Part shown: in pieces, positions 1 to 12,096 of the stretch
Numbering within the stretch: position 1 is the stretch's first letter
How the letters are laid out: every line of letters begins with the position of its first letter
Assembly: GCF_030013595.1 (NCBI RefSeq)
Contig: NZ_CP122768.1
DNA from: Escherichia coli
GTDB lineage: Bacteria; Pseudomonadota; Gammaproteobacteria; Enterobacterales; Enterobacteriaceae
DNA: 64,000 bases
Strand: one strand, 5' to 3'
Notes under the pieces: model-generated
What the model was told of the DNA's origin: nothing
Seen by the model: the letters and a program-made list of their open reading frames with translations, nothing else
The model's database searches: none
Translations under genes and position numbers: made by a program

Positions 1-314
1 GTAAAAGGCTTCCAGTCAGCACCAAATCGGTACCGGCCATTACTCTGATTATCCAGTGAATCAACCACTGCTTTGCTCAACAATGCGTTGCCTTCCGTCA
101 GACTGCGCATCGTGTGGTTTGACTCCTTCCAGCCAAACATTTGCTGGAATACCGGAGAAGCAAGGAATGAGCCCGGTTTCCCACAATCAGCCCCCATTTG
201 TTGCGCGAGATGTTCACGCAGCTGCGGGTTGGTTACGCCCATGATACTGAGCGTTGCTTCAGTTGAACGAGACAACGATTGTTCAATAAGTGACGAAAAA
301 TAGCGTGTAGTCAT
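1..314 (-). CDS. Uncharacterised protein, 5' part only (continues past window start); third gene of the 3-gene operon
   Basis: Hand translation of minus strand from ATG at 314..312 gives MTTRYFSSLIEQSLSRSTEATLSIMGVTNPQLREHLAQQMG... open to the window edge; AGGA-type RBS about 8 bp upstream; starts 12 bp after the stop of the upstream gene (327). Not in the ORF track because it is truncated by the window edge. Confidence 0.6.
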   Translation of the reverse strand, partial: MTTRYFSSLIEQSLSRSTEATLSIMGVTNPQLREHLAQQMGADCGKPGSFLASPVFQQMFGWKESNHTMRSLTEGNALLSKAVVDSLDNQSNGRYRFGADWKPF

Positions 315-326
315 CCTTATTCCTTT

Positions 327-1544
327 TTATTTTTTAGCAACATAACGCAACAGGCTGCACTGAAAGATGGTCTTAAACCAGCGGGAATCGAAGTCCCTGA
401 CTTGCCTCAGGAAAAATACGGCACCGGGTTTACGGTCAAATACAGCTTCAAAAGAAGTATTTCCGCTTGCCACAGCTGCAGCGAAGACGGGTAACCAGGC
501 CACGGAATAGCGGTGATTTGCGTCAGGATTAATACCAATCACTGGATTTTTTTGTGACATCATCCATTTATACAGACGCTTGCAGCCATATTCAGGCCAG
601 CGAGCTTCACTGTGCTCACGTAAAAGCTCCTGATACCACCCGTGGACACAAGATTCAGGAATAGACGGAGGGAGATATCCGTTACTTAACCATTTCTCAA
701 TTTCATCGGCATATGTCGGGAACACGAGCCCCAGCCGTTGAAACATATTAGTAACCAGTAATTTCTGGGTTTCCTCCGGTGCACCTTTTTGGCTCAGGAA
801 CAATTTGAAACGCTCAGATGCAGCTTTGATCTCAAAGATGGGGAAAAACTCCCATAGAATAGGGAACTCATTCTCAATACGACTCAGGTACTCTGCTGAC
901 ATTTCAAATTTGAAGAGCGACATCGCCAATGCCTGCGGATGCTGCACTAGTGCACGCCATACTTCAAAGGTTGCCAGCGGTAAATAACCAAATTGATCGT
1001 ACAGGCTACGCATAAATTGCCAGCCGGAATGGGCAGGATCGTTAGCCATCTGTCCGAGAACCAGTGTGATGGTATTAACTTCTGCCTGTGGATTAAAAAG
1101 CTGGGTCGCTTTCTGCAATGAGCGGATGTTGCTTTCTTCTACCGGTAACGAAGATTCGCCACGAATGAAGCAGGGGCGAAAAGCCATCTCCTCACCCGGT
1201 TTAGGAACAACCAACCATGGCCCATTTTTGTTAACGATTGAGCTCAACTCATATTCACCGACAGGCACTCCCTCGCTCATTCTTGATGCTAAGGGGATGG
1301 ATTTCCTCTCGGGTTCACTTAACAGCATGATAACGGGGGAAGGAATCTGCCCAGCACGATGGTTCACTGACTGGCTGAGTAATAGTTCTTTTTCATAATC
1401 ATAGCGCAGGCTGTATTTATAGCGACGAATTTGCCAGGCCATGACCACACCTGCCCCCGTAATACGCATCTCAACAACCTGATCAATACCTGCCTCAAGT
1501 GAAATCAGGTTCTCAATATGTTCGCGCAGACTATAGAGATTCAA
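327..1544 (-). CDS. Uncharacterised 405-aa protein; middle gene of the 3-gene operon
   Basis: Long uninterrupted ORF in the track; 18-bp gap to the upstream gene, 12 bp to the downstream gene; no motif I recognise (no Walker A, no obvious nuclease motif). Confidence 0.7.
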   Translation of the reverse strand: MNLYSLREHIENLISLEAGIDQVVEMRITGAGVVMAWQIRRYKYSLRYDYEKELLLSQSVNHRAGQIPSPVIMLLSEPERKSIPLASRMSEGVPVGEYELSSIVNKNGPWLVVPKPGEEMAFRPCFIRGESSLPVEESNIRSLQKATQLFNPQAEVNTITLVLGQMANDPAHSGWQFMRSLYDQFGYLPLATFEVWRALVQHPQALAMSLFKFEMSAEYLSRIENEFPILWEFFPIFEIKAASERFKLFLSQKGAPEETQKLLVTNMFQRLGLVFPTYADEIEKWLSNGYLPPSIPESCVHGWYQELLREHSEARWPEYGCKRLYKWMMSQKNPVIGINPDANHRYSVAWLPVFAAAVASGNTSFEAVFDRKPGAVFFLRQVRDFDSRWFKTIFQCSLLRYVAKK

Positions 1545-1562
1545 TTCAACAGGACGATCGCT

Positions 1563-3617
1563 CTACGCCGTATAACACCATTCATGCCATGCCTGTAATC
1601 CACTAACGGAGCGCAAATACAACTGCAATGTATATTTTGTCGGCTCACCATTTCTGGAGAACAGAAACGCTCTGGAACCCAGCAGATCATGCAGCGTAAT
1701 GTTTTTATCCAGAGGACGTCCGTTTACATCAAGAGCGAGACAGCCTTTAGCGGGAAAAGGTAACTCAATGTCGATGGGGTCAGCCGCCAAATTAGGCAGA
1801 ACTTGTAATGTAATAAATGCCGGAGGTACCCCTTCCGCTTTAAGTTGTATCTCTGTTCGCCCCTCAGTACGCTTACGTGTAGCCTCCAATGTTTTATCTT
1901 TAAGTTTTGCTACACAAGGATGCTGTGTGGTGATTAAGATAGTGCCTTCATTTGCGTGCATTCCACCTTTTATCTCAATACTGAAATCAGCAGGCAAGAT
2001 ACCGATTTTGCGACGCAAGAGCGTTTCATTGTTACTATTACGGATAGAAAGATATTGAGCCCCCAGCATCTCTTGTATATGACATTGCTCAATTGAAATT
2101 CCGCTCAGGTAACGCGTTACATCAATGCTTTGAATATCCGGTAGTGTAGAAATGACTTTTGGTACACCAATAAATGTTTCATCTGGATGACAAACCCAGC
2201 TTGCACGCTTTCCATTTAGAGCAAACCTTCCGATGCTGATTTGTTCTCTTCCGGTGCGAATCCGATAAGTTTCATTTGCTGTAACTGTAACGTCCTGACA
2301 TCCCTTCACAGGTAGTGCTTTTAGTCCTAATACGTTTACTGCGCTCGATTGGCCATCAAAACCAGCAACATTGCTATTATCCCGAGGGAGTACAATCAGA
2401 ACATCGCTGCTTCGCACACTGCAAGAAGCCTGTCCCTGTAACAGCCATTGATCTGCATCAACGATGAAGGTTAACGGCACCTCACCAATGGCAATTTCAC
2501 TGTCATCAAGTTTAATGCTCCCAACAATCATCCCTCCAGCACGAGCCACTAATGACAAACCAGCCGATGGATTTTGCCTGACAAATCTCACTTCGCTTTT
2601 ACGTAATCGAACTGTTGCCTGTCTGTTTTCCAGGGAAGCATAGGCTGGCCCAAGGCCAGAGACTTCCTCACCATCTTCACAAATGGCAAGTTCAAAGCGC
2701 GTAGTTGACGGCTCGCTTGTTACAGGAAAGGAAACTTCGTCCGGAAGAGATACTATCACCCTAAGCTCATCTGGATGCTTTTCTGACCAATAGAATTGGC
2801 AACGCGTACTCTTATTTTTTTGTAGTCGAGGCTTAGCCTCTACAGAGGCTGCGCATAGCAGTCCATTCAAAAAATGCGTTCCTGTTTCATCATCTAACGG
2901 TATTGGAAACTCGCTTCGCCAGGTAGGGTGAACCTTCTCAAGCTGTTGTACTGGTTCTTTGTGATTTATTAGGTTGTGAGTAAGTACTAAGGAATTGAGG
3001 TTATCAGCCATATGACTGATAAGTTCTACAGAGGTATCTTCGCTAAAAACAGTTGGCAGCGCTGATTTTTCTATGACAGCTCTTGCCAGCGAAAGGGCAG
3101 AAAAACCTGACTGCTTTGCTTGCTCATATTGTCCAAGGATCCTGGAGAAAACAGCCAGAAAGCGACTGTCTGATTCTTTGAGTAGCCGGAAAGGTAAACC
3201 ACCTTCACTGAATAATGTTCCGAGAAAATTGCGTCGTTCAGATTCATAAAATCGAATTGGGCGCAGCCAGTAATCTTCCATCCCTTTCGGTACGATAGTA
3301 CCAAGCTCTGTGGCGGTGAATGAAATCCCTATTTTTTTATATATAGGGTCCCACGTCCATCCGCATTGCCGTTCATAATCCCTGCGGTACCACTCAGAGC
3401 AAAAAAGAACAAAACAGGCAGCAAAGTCCCTATTACATATATTAGATTGTGATTGACCGACCGCACGGAGTAGCTGCGTTAATTGGGTATATTCATCATT
3501 GGTTGCATGATATTCATAAAGAGGACGGCCATCCGGTTGTCTCAACCCTCTAAGATTCACAAAGTTACTTAGCCAGGAAGTACATTTTACCCATGAAATG
3601 TATTCTGATTGACCCAA
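1563..3617 (-). CDS. Uncharacterised 684-aa protein; first gene of the 3-gene operon, positionally equivalent to K-12 yjiT
   Basis: Long ORF next to yjiS with an AT-rich promoter region upstream (3618..4115); GC content visibly lower than neighbouring core genes; no recognisable catalytic motif. Confidence 0.7.
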   Translation of the reverse strand: MGQSEYISWVKCTSWLSNFVNLRGLRQPDGRPLYEYHATNDEYTQLTQLLRAVGQSQSNICNRDFAACFVLFCSEWYRRDYERQCGWTWDPIYKKIGISFTATELGTIVPKGMEDYWLRPIRFYESERRNFLGTLFSEGGLPFRLLKESDSRFLAVFSRILGQYEQAKQSGFSALSLARAVIEKSALPTVFSEDTSVELISHMADNLNSLVLTHNLINHKEPVQQLEKVHPTWRSEFPIPLDDETGTHFLNGLLCAASVEAKPRLQKNKSTRCQFYWSEKHPDELRVIVSLPDEVSFPVTSEPSTTRFELAICEDGEEVSGLGPAYASLENRQATVRLRKSEVRFVRQNPSAGLSLVARAGGMIVGSIKLDDSEIAIGEVPLTFIVDADQWLLQGQASCSVRSSDVLIVLPRDNSNVAGFDGQSSAVNVLGLKALPVKGCQDVTVTANETYRIRTGREQISIGRFALNGKRASWVCHPDETFIGVPKVISTLPDIQSIDVTRYLSGISIEQCHIQEMLGAQYLSIRNSNNETLLRRKIGILPADFSIEIKGGMHANEGTILITTQHPCVAKLKDKTLEATRKRTEGRTEIQLKAEGVPPAFITLQVLPNLAADPIDIELPFPAKGCLALDVNGRPLDKNITLHDLLGSRAFLFSRNGEPTKYTLQLYLRSVSGLQAWHEWCYTA

Positions 3618-4115
3618 AGCAAGCTCCTTAGAGATAAAAGATACAAAAACAAAACCCTACAATACTTCTAATTTGAAAGAAAACTTTTCAAAATATCGTA
3701 TAATTAATCAGGCGGCAACAACTAATTTTTCAGGTCGGTACTATAAATTAATTTTAGATAAAAATGATATCAACTATCTATTAATCACAACTCATTTATC
3801 ACCTGGTTTTATAATTTCAAATGAAAATAAATCTCAAACAATCAAAAAGTATGCAGTAGCTAACATTTAACTTTCCAGGATATAAAACAATTAGAGAAAC
3901 TGCACAATAGCGAATAATGAGAGTTGTAAAGTCAGTCAAAAAACACAAGTAATCAGTGTGCGTTTTTTGACCGTTATCGACATGAGTTTAAAGAGTTTAG
4001 TGAAGAAGATATTCCTGTACACTCCATACCTATTGATGAATTGTCTCGGGAAAATTTTTATAACTTAATTTAAAAACATAAAAACGTTTTATTATATATA
4101 AATCTATAACCCCCA

Positions 4116-4280
4116 TCACTCCACATCCTCCCTGCGTAACCCGATATCCTTCAACCGCTCATCACTCATCTGCTGTAACACCCGCCGGGCCTGCATTTGC
4201 CGCCGCCAACGCCTCACTGCCTGCCAGAGTTGCACAAGTCCAATAAACGGTGCTTTAGCTTTGTTTTCGTGAAATTCCAT
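4116..4280 (-). CDS. yjiS: DUF1127 small protein YjiS
   Basis: Hand translation of minus strand: MEFHENKAKAPFIGLVQLWQAVRRWRRQMQARRVLQQMSDERLKDIGLRREDVE (54 aa), typical DUF1127 sequence; divergent from yjiR as in K-12. Below the 60-aa cutoff of the ORF track. Confidence 0.8.
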   Translation of the reverse strand: MEFHENKAKAPFIGLVQLWQAVRRWRRQMQARRVLQQMSDERLKDIGLRREDVE

Positions 4281-4456
4281 CTGCTGCCTCCTCATCTTTC
4301 AGAGGCTTCATCATCCGCCTTCTGGCAGTTCACAATACAGATGCAAATATTAGTTTTATTTAACATACAGACAGGTTAAAACAGCATCTGCATCCGGTTT
4401 TTTAGCCTCATCTGTACCGGTTTTTCTCTCTGTATGGTCCAAATAAGGAATACAGC

Positions 4457-5869
4457 ATGACGCGTTATCAACATCTGGCAACTCTGCTTGCCGAGCGGAT
4501 TGAGCAAGGGCTGTATCGTCACGGGGAGAAATTGCCGTCGGTGCGCAGCTTAAGTCAGGAGCACGGCGTCAGCATCAGCACCGTGCAGCAGGCGTATCAG
4601 ACGCTGGAGACGATGAAGCTCATCACTCCGCAGCCGCGTTCGGGGTATTTTGTCGCACAACGTAAAGCCCAGCCGCCAGTGCCGCCGATGACGCGTCCGG
4701 TGCAGCGCCCGGTGGAAATTACCCAGTGGGATCAGGTGCTGGATATGCTGGAGGCGCATAGCGACAGTTCCATTGTTCCGTTAAGCAAAAGCACGCCGGA
4801 TGTCGAAACGCCCAGCCTGAAACCGCTCTGGCGGGAGCTAAGCCGGGTAGTGCAGCATAATCTGCAAACCGTTCTCGGTTATGACTTGTTAGCCGGTCAG
4901 CGGGTATTGCGCGAGCAGATTGCCCGCCTGATGCTCGACAGCGGCTCGGTAGTCACCGCCGATGACATCATCATTACCAGCGGCTGCCATAACTCGATGT
5001 CGCTGGCGTTAATGGCGGTGTGTAAACCGGGCGATATTGTCGCGGTCGAATCACCCTGTTATTACGGTTCGATGCAGATGCTGCGCGGCATGGGCGTGAA
5101 AGTGATTGAAATCCCAACCGATCCAGAAACTGGCATCAGCGTTGAAGCGCTGGAACTGGCGCTGGAACAGTGGCCGATTAAAGGCATCATTCTGGTGCCA
5201 AACTGTAATAATCCGCTGGGATTTATTATGCCGGACGCGCGCAAACGGGCCGTTCTCTCTCTCGCTCAGCGTCATGATATTGTGATTTTTGAAGATGATG
5301 TCTATGGCGAACTGGCAACGGAGTATCCGCGCCCGCGGACCATTCATTCCTGGGATATCGACGGGCGAGTGCTGTTGTGCAGCTCGTTCAGTAAAAGTAT
5401 TGCACCTGGCCTGCGTGTGGGCTGGGTCGCGCCGGGACGTTATCACGATAAACTGATGCATATGAAATACGCCATCAGCAGCTTTAATGTACCGTCCACG
5501 CAAATGGCGGCGGCAACGTTTGTGCTGGAAGGTCACTATCATCGCCATATCCGGCGGATGCGGCAGACTTATCAGCGCAATTTGGCGCTTTATACCTGCT
5601 GGATACGGGAATATTTTCCCTGCGAAATCTGTATTACGCGCCCGAAAGGCGGATTTTTACTGTGGATAGAATTGCCTGAACAGGTCGATATGGTCTGCGT
5701 CGCGCGGCAGCTGTGCCGCATGAAAATCCAGGTGGCGGCAGGCTCGATTTTCTCAGCTTCCGGCAAATACCGTAATTGTCTGCGCATCAACTGCGCTTTG
5801 CCGCTCAGCGAAACCTATCGCGAAGCACTGAAGCAAATTGGCGAGGCAGTGTATCGGGCAATGGAATGA
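4457..5869 (+). CDS. yjiR: MocR/GntR-family transcriptional regulator with aminotransferase-like domain
   Basis: 470-aa ORF; N-terminal GntR winged-helix (SVRSLSQEHGVSISTVQQAYQTLE) plus fold-type-I PLP domain. Confidence 0.9.
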   Translation: MTRYQHLATLLAERIEQGLYRHGEKLPSVRSLSQEHGVSISTVQQAYQTLETMKLITPQPRSGYFVAQRKAQPPVPPMTRPVQRPVEITQWDQVLDMLEAHSDSSIVPLSKSTPDVETPSLKPLWRELSRVVQHNLQTVLGYDLLAGQRVLREQIARLMLDSGSVVTADDIIITSGCHNSMSLALMAVCKPGDIVAVESPCYYGSMQMLRGMGVKVIEIPTDPETGISVEALELALEQWPIKGIILVPNCNNPLGFIMPDARKRAVLSLAQRHDIVIFEDDVYGELATEYPRPRTIHSWDIDGRVLLCSSFSKSIAPGLRVGWVAPGRYHDKLMHMKYAISSFNVPSTQMAAATFVLEGHYHRHIRRMRQTYQRNLALYTCWIREYFPCEICITRPKGGFLLWIELPEQVDMVCVARQLCRMKIQVAAGSIFSASGKYRNCLRINCALPLSETYREALKQIGEAVYRAME

Positions 5870-6111
5870 ATTCGAAATAGTGGCGAAGCGCCTGATTTAC
5901 TCTCACGAATCGCCTGTAACTCGTTTTATCTTTATAGCGACATCGCCACGTTCTGGCATGGCTCAGGCAAAGTGTGCTTCGTTCATGCCGGATGCGGCGT
6001 CAACGCCTTACCAGGTCTACAAAATCTTTAAAGTTCAATATATTGAATGGGTTATGTAGACTTGATAAGCGTAGCGCACCAGGCAGCTTTGCGTTTGTCA
6101 TAAGTCTCTGA

Positions 6112-7032
6112 TTAGTACTCGAGCCATGAATCGTGCTCACGGTCAGGCAGGGGCTGCACTAATGCCTGTATTTGCTCTGCCGAAAGTCCGGTAATCTTTT
6201 GTATCCATTCAGGATCTACCCCATTCTGCAAAAACAATCGAAGAATGCGCTGTTCCCCTTTTATACATCCATCATTATGAATTCGCTCTGCAATTGTCAT
6301 TATTCGCTCCCTGTGGTGTGGCATTCGCCTGGTAAGTTCGCTGATAAACTTCTTAAAACGCGCTTCATCGCCAGTCAGTAAAATGTAATTTAACAGCGCG
6401 GTTATCTGGCTGTCATTAGCGCACCCTGTAACCAATAATACTGCCAGTTGATCAATAAGCCCCATTAGATCGCGCTGGCGAATATGCTTTTGGATCAACT
6501 CCAACAGGGCGACTCTGCGGTGCTGCACAATCTCGTCGTCTGGCACGACAGTGACATCCACCAGCGGGAACGCTGCAGTATAAAGCTTCCGTGCAGTAGT
6601 CGGGTCGGCAAATTCGTCCAGCCAGCACAAAGACCAGGGATAAGGACTACGGCTACCGTGATAAAACAGCATCGGGATGACCAGCGGTAGCGGCCGGCGT
6701 TTATCATGCTCGATATGGCGCTGCATCACCGCCATGGAATATCGCATCAGGCGAAAGGCCATATGGATATCCTCGCGGCTCTGATGTTCAATCACTACGT
6801 AAATATAACCATCACCTTCACGGGTCTTTACCGACCACAGAATATCGGAGTGTAGCGCCCGCAATTTTTCATCGACGAAGCTGGCGGATTCCAGTTTTAA
6901 GCTGTCGAGATCGCACAGTTCACGTAAATCTTTGGGTAAGTGGATCTCCATAAAATCCCGCGCGGTGTCAGGGTGCGTGAGAAAGGACTTAAATAATGCG
7001 TCATGCGGCGTGCTGGTCGTGAAGTTTGTCAT
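6112..7032 (-). CDS. rpnD: Rpn-family recombination-promoting nuclease (YhgA-like, PD-(D/E)xK transposase_31)
   Basis: 306-aa ORF with the family N-terminus [11 protein letters not shown]; position between yjiR and mdtM matches K-12 yjiP/yjiQ (rpnD). Intact here. Confidence 0.75.
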   Translation of the reverse strand: MTNFTTSTPHDALFKSFLTHPDTARDFMEIHLPKDLRELCDLDSLKLESASFVDEKLRALHSDILWSVKTREGDGYIYVVIEHQSREDIHMAFRLMRYSMAVMQRHIEHDKRRPLPLVIPMLFYHGSRSPYPWSLCWLDEFADPTTARKLYTAAFPLVDVTVVPDDEIVQHRRVALLELIQKHIRQRDLMGLIDQLAVLLVTGCANDSQITALLNYILLTGDEARFKKFISELTRRMPHHRERIMTIAERIHNDGCIKGEQRILRLFLQNGVDPEWIQKITGLSAEQIQALVQPLPDREHDSWLEY

Positions 7033-7498
7033 GGCGATCCGTCACCTGTTGATAAGATGGCCCGACTTTAGCGACTAACAAAACCATTCTCACCCGGCAA
7101 TTTCTCGTTCCCCGAGGCACTTTCCAGGCTATTTTTATTCTTCTGCAAACGATACATTTTTCCGGAAACAGGCTCGCATTTTACATTTCCTGTACCCGGC
7201 AGATATTTCCCTTTCCACCGCACTCTTTTGATTAACCGCAAATTTTAATTACACTTAAGGTGTATATTTTCTATGCAACCCATCAATTCAAGAGGTGTAA
7301 TGTGCTGATGACTATTTGTAATCGTTATACATTCTGACCTGGAGTCAGAAGGTATTTCTCTGTCTGTGTGTTCACAGGCAGTGTGGTTGATTACATGAAA
7401 TTCAGTACATTTGTCCTTCTCGCCTGCCTTTAGTCATTACCGACGGTATTGAATTTCGTTTTCTCCATTGGGGTTCTCCGGACAAGGAGTTGTTTGTT

Positions 7499-8731
7499 AT
7501 GCCACGTTTTTTTGCTCGCCATGCCGCCACGCTGTTTTTCCCGATGGCGTTGATTTTGTATGACTTTGCCGCGTACCTGTCGACGGATCGGATCCAGCCA
7601 GGGATCATTAATGTGGTCCGTGATTTTAATGCCGATGTCAGTCTGGCCCCTGCTGCCGTCAGTCTCTATCTTGCTGGCGGTATGGCGTTACAGTGGCTGC
7701 TGGGGCCGCTTTCCGACAGAATTGGCCGCAGGCCGGTGCTGATTACCGGGGCGTTAATTTTTACCCTTGCCTGCGCCGCGACAATGTTCACCACGTCAAT
7801 GACACAATTTCTTATCGCGCGTGCAATTCAGGGCACCAGTATCTGTTTTATTGCCACCGTTGGTTATGTCACGGTGCAGGAGGCGTTCGGACAGACAAAA
7901 GGGATCAAGTTGATGGCGATTATCACCTCCATCGTACTGATTGCGCCGATTATCGGCCCGCTTTCCGGCGCAGCTCTGATGCACTTTGTGCACTGGAAAG
8001 TCCTTTTTGCCATCATTGCGGTTATGGGTTTTATCTCATTTGTTGGCTTACTGCTGGCGATGCCAGAGACGGTGAAGCACGGCGCGGTTCCATTTAGCGC
8101 CAAAAGCGTCTTGCGCGATTTTCGTAATGTCTTTTGCAATCGGCTGTTCCTCTTTGGCGCAGCAACCATCTCTTTAAGCTATATCCCAATGATGAGCTGG
8201 GTGGCTGTCTCGCCGGTGATCCTGATTGACGCAGGCGGCTTAACGACCTCGCAGTTCGCCTGGACACAGGTTCCGGTGTTCGGCGCGGTGATTGTCGCGA
8301 ATGCCATCGTGGCGCGTTTCGTTAAAGATCCGACCGAACCGCGGTTTATGTGGCGTGCCGTACCCCTTCAACTGGTCGGCCTCGCGCTGTTGATTATCGG
8401 CAATCTGCTGTCGCCGCACGTCTGGCTGTGGTCGGTGCTGGGCACCAGTCTGTATGCTTTCGGGATTGGTTTGATTTTCCCGACCTTATTCCGCTTTACG
8501 CTGTTTTCCAATAACTTACCGAAAGGGACCGTCTCCGCATCGCTGAATATGGTGATCCTGATGGTGATGTCTGTCTCGGTCGAAATCGGCCGCTGGCTGT
8601 GGTTTAACGGCGGTCGCTTGCAGTTTCATCTGTTAGCCGTTGTGGCAGGCGTTATCGTCGTTTTCACCCTGGCCGGATTGCTTAATCGCGTGCGCCAACA
8701 TCAGGCTGCCGAGCTGGCGGAGGAGCGGTGA
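7499..8731 (+). CDS. mdtM: MFS multidrug efflux transporter MdtM
   Basis: 410-aa hydrophobic ORF (start chosen at MPRFF...); MFS signature and synteny. Confidence 0.9.
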   Translation: MPRFFARHAATLFFPMALILYDFAAYLSTDRIQPGIINVVRDFNADVSLAPAAVSLYLAGGMALQWLLGPLSDRIGRRPVLITGALIFTLACAATMFTTSMTQFLIARAIQGTSICFIATVGYVTVQEAFGQTKGIKLMAIITSIVLIAPIIGPLSGAALMHFVHWKVLFAIIAVMGFISFVGLLLAMPETVKHGAVPFSAKSVLRDFRNVFCNRLFLFGAATISLSYIPMMSWVAVSPVILIDAGGLTTSQFAWTQVPVFGAVIVANAIVARFVKDPTEPRFMWRAVPLQLVGLALLIIGNLLSPHVWLWSVLGTSLYAFGIGLIFPTLFRFTLFSNNLPKGTVSASLNMVILMVMSVSVEIGRWLWFNGGRLQFHLLAVVAGVIVVFTLAGLLNRVRQHQAAELAEER

Positions 8732-8771
8732 TTTTTGCGCGATCCTGCCGCCAGGCTCTATTCTTAACGTT

Positions 8772-10052
8772 ATGAATAAACTCATTGAACTCAGACGCGC
8801 CAAAATGTTGGCGCTCTCTTTACTGCTTATCGCCGCTGCTACCTTTGTCGTTACGCTGTTTTTGCCGCCCAATTTTTGGGTGAGCGGCGTGAAGGCGATT
8901 GCTGAAGCGGCGATGGTCGGCGCGCTGGCGGACTGGTTTGCGGTGGTGGCGCTGTTTCGCCGCGTGCCGATTCCGATCATTTCTCGTCATACGGCGATTA
9001 TCCCGCGTAATAAAGACCGGATTGGCGAAAATCTCGGTCAGTTCGTGCAGGAAAAATTTCTCGATACCCAATCGCTGGTGGCATTGATTCGACGTCACGA
9101 ACCGGCGTTGTTGATTGGCAACTGGTTTAGTCAGCCAGAAAACGCCCGCCGCGTTGGTCAGCATCTGTTGCAGATCATGAGCGGTTTTCTTGAACTGACC
9201 GATGATGCGCGTATTCAGCGCCTGCTTAAGCGCGCGGTCCACCGGGCGATTGATAAGGTTGATCTTTCTGGCACCAGTGCGTTGATGCTGGAGAGTATGA
9301 CCAAAAACGATCGTCATCTGGTGCTGCTGGATACGCTGATCGCACAGTTGATCGCCCTTCTCCAGCGCGATAAATCGCGCAAGTTTATCGCCCAGCAAAT
9401 TGTTCGCTGGCTGGAGAGCGAGCATCCACTGAAAGCCAAAATTTTGCCCACTGAATGGCTGGGCGAACATAGCGCGGAGTTGGTTTCTGACGCGGTGAAT
9501 TCTTTGCTTGATGATATCAGCAGCGATCGTGCGCATCAGATCCGCCATGCGTTTGATCGCGCCACCTTTGCCCTGATCGACAAGTTGAAAAACGATCCTG
9601 AAATGGCAGCGCGAGCCGATGCCGTAAAAAGCTATCTGAAAGAAGACGAAGCTTTTAACCGCTATCTCAGTGAATTGTGGGGAGATTTACGGGAATGGCT
9701 GAAAGCGGATATCAACAGTGAAGATTCTCGAGTGAAAGAACGTATCGCGCGGGCGGGTCAATGGTTTGGCGAAACGTTAATTGCCGATGATGCCTTGCGG
9801 GCGTCGTTAAATGGTCATCTGGAACAAGCCGCGCACCGCGTCGCGCCTGAGTTTTCCGCATTCCTGACGCGACATATCAGCGATACGGTAAAAAGCTGGG
9901 ATGCGCAGGATATGTCGCGGCAAATCGAGTTAAATATCGGCAAAGATCTGCAGTTTATCCGTGTCAACGGTACGCTGGTTGGCGGTTGTATTGGGCTAAT
10001 TTTGTATTTGCTTTCGCAGCTCCCGGCCTTGTTCCCCCTCGGCAATTTTTAG
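8772..10052 (+). CDS. yjiN: DUF445 inner-membrane protein YjiN
   Basis: ORF in track; start chosen at MNKLIELRR after the mdtM stop (426 aa); synteny. Confidence 0.85.
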   Translation: MNKLIELRRAKMLALSLLLIAAATFVVTLFLPPNFWVSGVKAIAEAAMVGALADWFAVVALFRRVPIPIISRHTAIIPRNKDRIGENLGQFVQEKFLDTQSLVALIRRHEPALLIGNWFSQPENARRVGQHLLQIMSGFLELTDDARIQRLLKRAVHRAIDKVDLSGTSALMLESMTKNDRHLVLLDTLIAQLIALLQRDKSRKFIAQQIVRWLESEHPLKAKILPTEWLGEHSAELVSDAVNSLLDDISSDRAHQIRHAFDRATFALIDKLKNDPEMAARADAVKSYLKEDEAFNRYLSELWGDLREWLKADINSEDSRVKERIARAGQWFGETLIADDALRASLNGHLEQAAHRVAPEFSAFLTRHISDTVKSWDAQDMSRQIELNIGKDLQFIRVNGTLVGGCIGLILYLLSQLPALFPLGNF

Positions 10053-10167
10053 AAATCCATGAAAAACTAAGTGGCTAACCGCGAGAGAGATCAAATAAAC
10101 CACACTAAAAGAATGGTAATAATGTGGCCTCTTTTCATTATCTCCCGTGGTACGGGGAAGGAAAATC

Positions 10168-11319
10168 ATGTCACTTGTCACCGATCTACCCGCCATTTTC
10201 GATCAGTTCTCTGAAGCTCGCCAGAAAGGCTTTCTCACCGTCATGGATCTCAAGGAGCGCGGCATTCCGCTGGTTGGCACCTACTGCACCTTTATGCCGC
10301 AAGAGATTCCGATGGCAGCCGGTGCAGTTGTGGTTTCGCTCTGTTCCACCTCTGATGAAACCATTGAAGAAGCCGAGAAAGATCTGCCGCGCAACCTCTG
10401 CCCGCTGATTAAAAGCAGCTACGGCTTCGGCAAAACCGATAAATGCCCCTACTTCTACTTTTCTGATCTGGTGGTCGGTGAAACCACCTGCGACGGCAAA
10501 AAGAAAATGTATGAATACATGGCGGAGTTTAAGCCTGTTCATGTGATGCAGTTACCGAACAGCGTTAAGGACGATGCCTCGCGTGCATTGTGGAAAGCCG
10601 AGATGCTGCGCTTGCAAAAAACGGTAGAAGAACGTTTTGGGCACGAAATTAGCGAAGATGCTCTGCGCGATGCCATTGCGCTGAAAAACCGCGAACGTCG
10701 CGCACTGGCTAATTTTTATCATCTTGGGCAGTTAAATCCTCCGGCGCTTAGCGGCAGCGACATTCTGAAAGTGGTTTACGGCGCAACCTTCCGGTTCGAT
10801 AAAGAGGCGTTGATCAATGAACTGGATGCAATGACCGCCCGCGTTCGTCAGCAGTGGGAAGAAGGCCAGCGACTGGACCCGCGTCCGCGCATTTTAATCA
10901 CCGGCTGCCCGATTGGCGGCGCAGCAGAAAAAGTGGTGCGCGCGATTGAAGAGAATGGCGGCTGGGTTGTCGGTTATGAAAACTGCACCGGGGCGAAAGC
11001 GACCGAGCAATGCGTGGCAGAAACGGGCGATGTCTACGACGCGCTGGCGGATAAATATCTGGCGATTGGCTGCTCCTGTGTTTCGCCGAACGATCAGCGC
11101 CTGCAAATGCTCAGCCAGATGGTTGAAGAATATCAGGTCGATGGCGTAGTTGATGTGATTTTGCAGGCGTGCCATACCTACGCGGTGGAATCGCTGGCGA
11201 TTAAACGTCATGTGCGTCATCAGCACAACATTCCTTATATCGCTATTGAAACAGACTACTCCACCTCAGATATCGGGCAGCTCAGCACCCGTGTCGCGGC
11301 CTTTATTGAGATGCTGTAA
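10168..11319 (+). CDS. yjiM: 2-hydroxyacyl-CoA dehydratase-like protein (HgdB/BcrB family)
   Basis: ORF in track, start at MSLVTDLPAIF; Cys-rich dehydratase-like sequence; synteny with yjiL. Confidence 0.85.
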   Translation: MSLVTDLPAIFDQFSEARQKGFLTVMDLKERGIPLVGTYCTFMPQEIPMAAGAVVVSLCSTSDETIEEAEKDLPRNLCPLIKSSYGFGKTDKCPYFYFSDLVVGETTCDGKKKMYEYMAEFKPVHVMQLPNSVKDDASRALWKAEMLRLQKTVEERFGHEISEDALRDAIALKNRERRALANFYHLGQLNPPALSGSDILKVVYGATFRFDKEALINELDAMTARVRQQWEEGQRLDPRPRILITGCPIGGAAEKVVRAIEENGGWVVGYENCTGAKATEQCVAETGDVYDALADKYLAIGCSCVSPNDQRLQMLSQMVEEYQVDGVVDVILQACHTYAVESLAIKRHVRHQHNIPYIAIETDYSTSDIGQLSTRVAAFIEML

Positions 11320-11322
11320 GGA

Positions 11323-12092
<770 letters not shown>

Positions 12093-12096
<4 letters not shown>

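Noticed and set aside
3673-3870. 65-aa ORF in the AT-rich leader upstream of the 3-gene operon
   Set aside because: Low-complexity translation in AT-rich promoter DNA; probably a chance ORF.
8820-9548. 242-aa minus-strand ORF
   Set aside because: Antisense to yjiN; Arg/Gln-rich low-complexity translation typical of a wrong frame.
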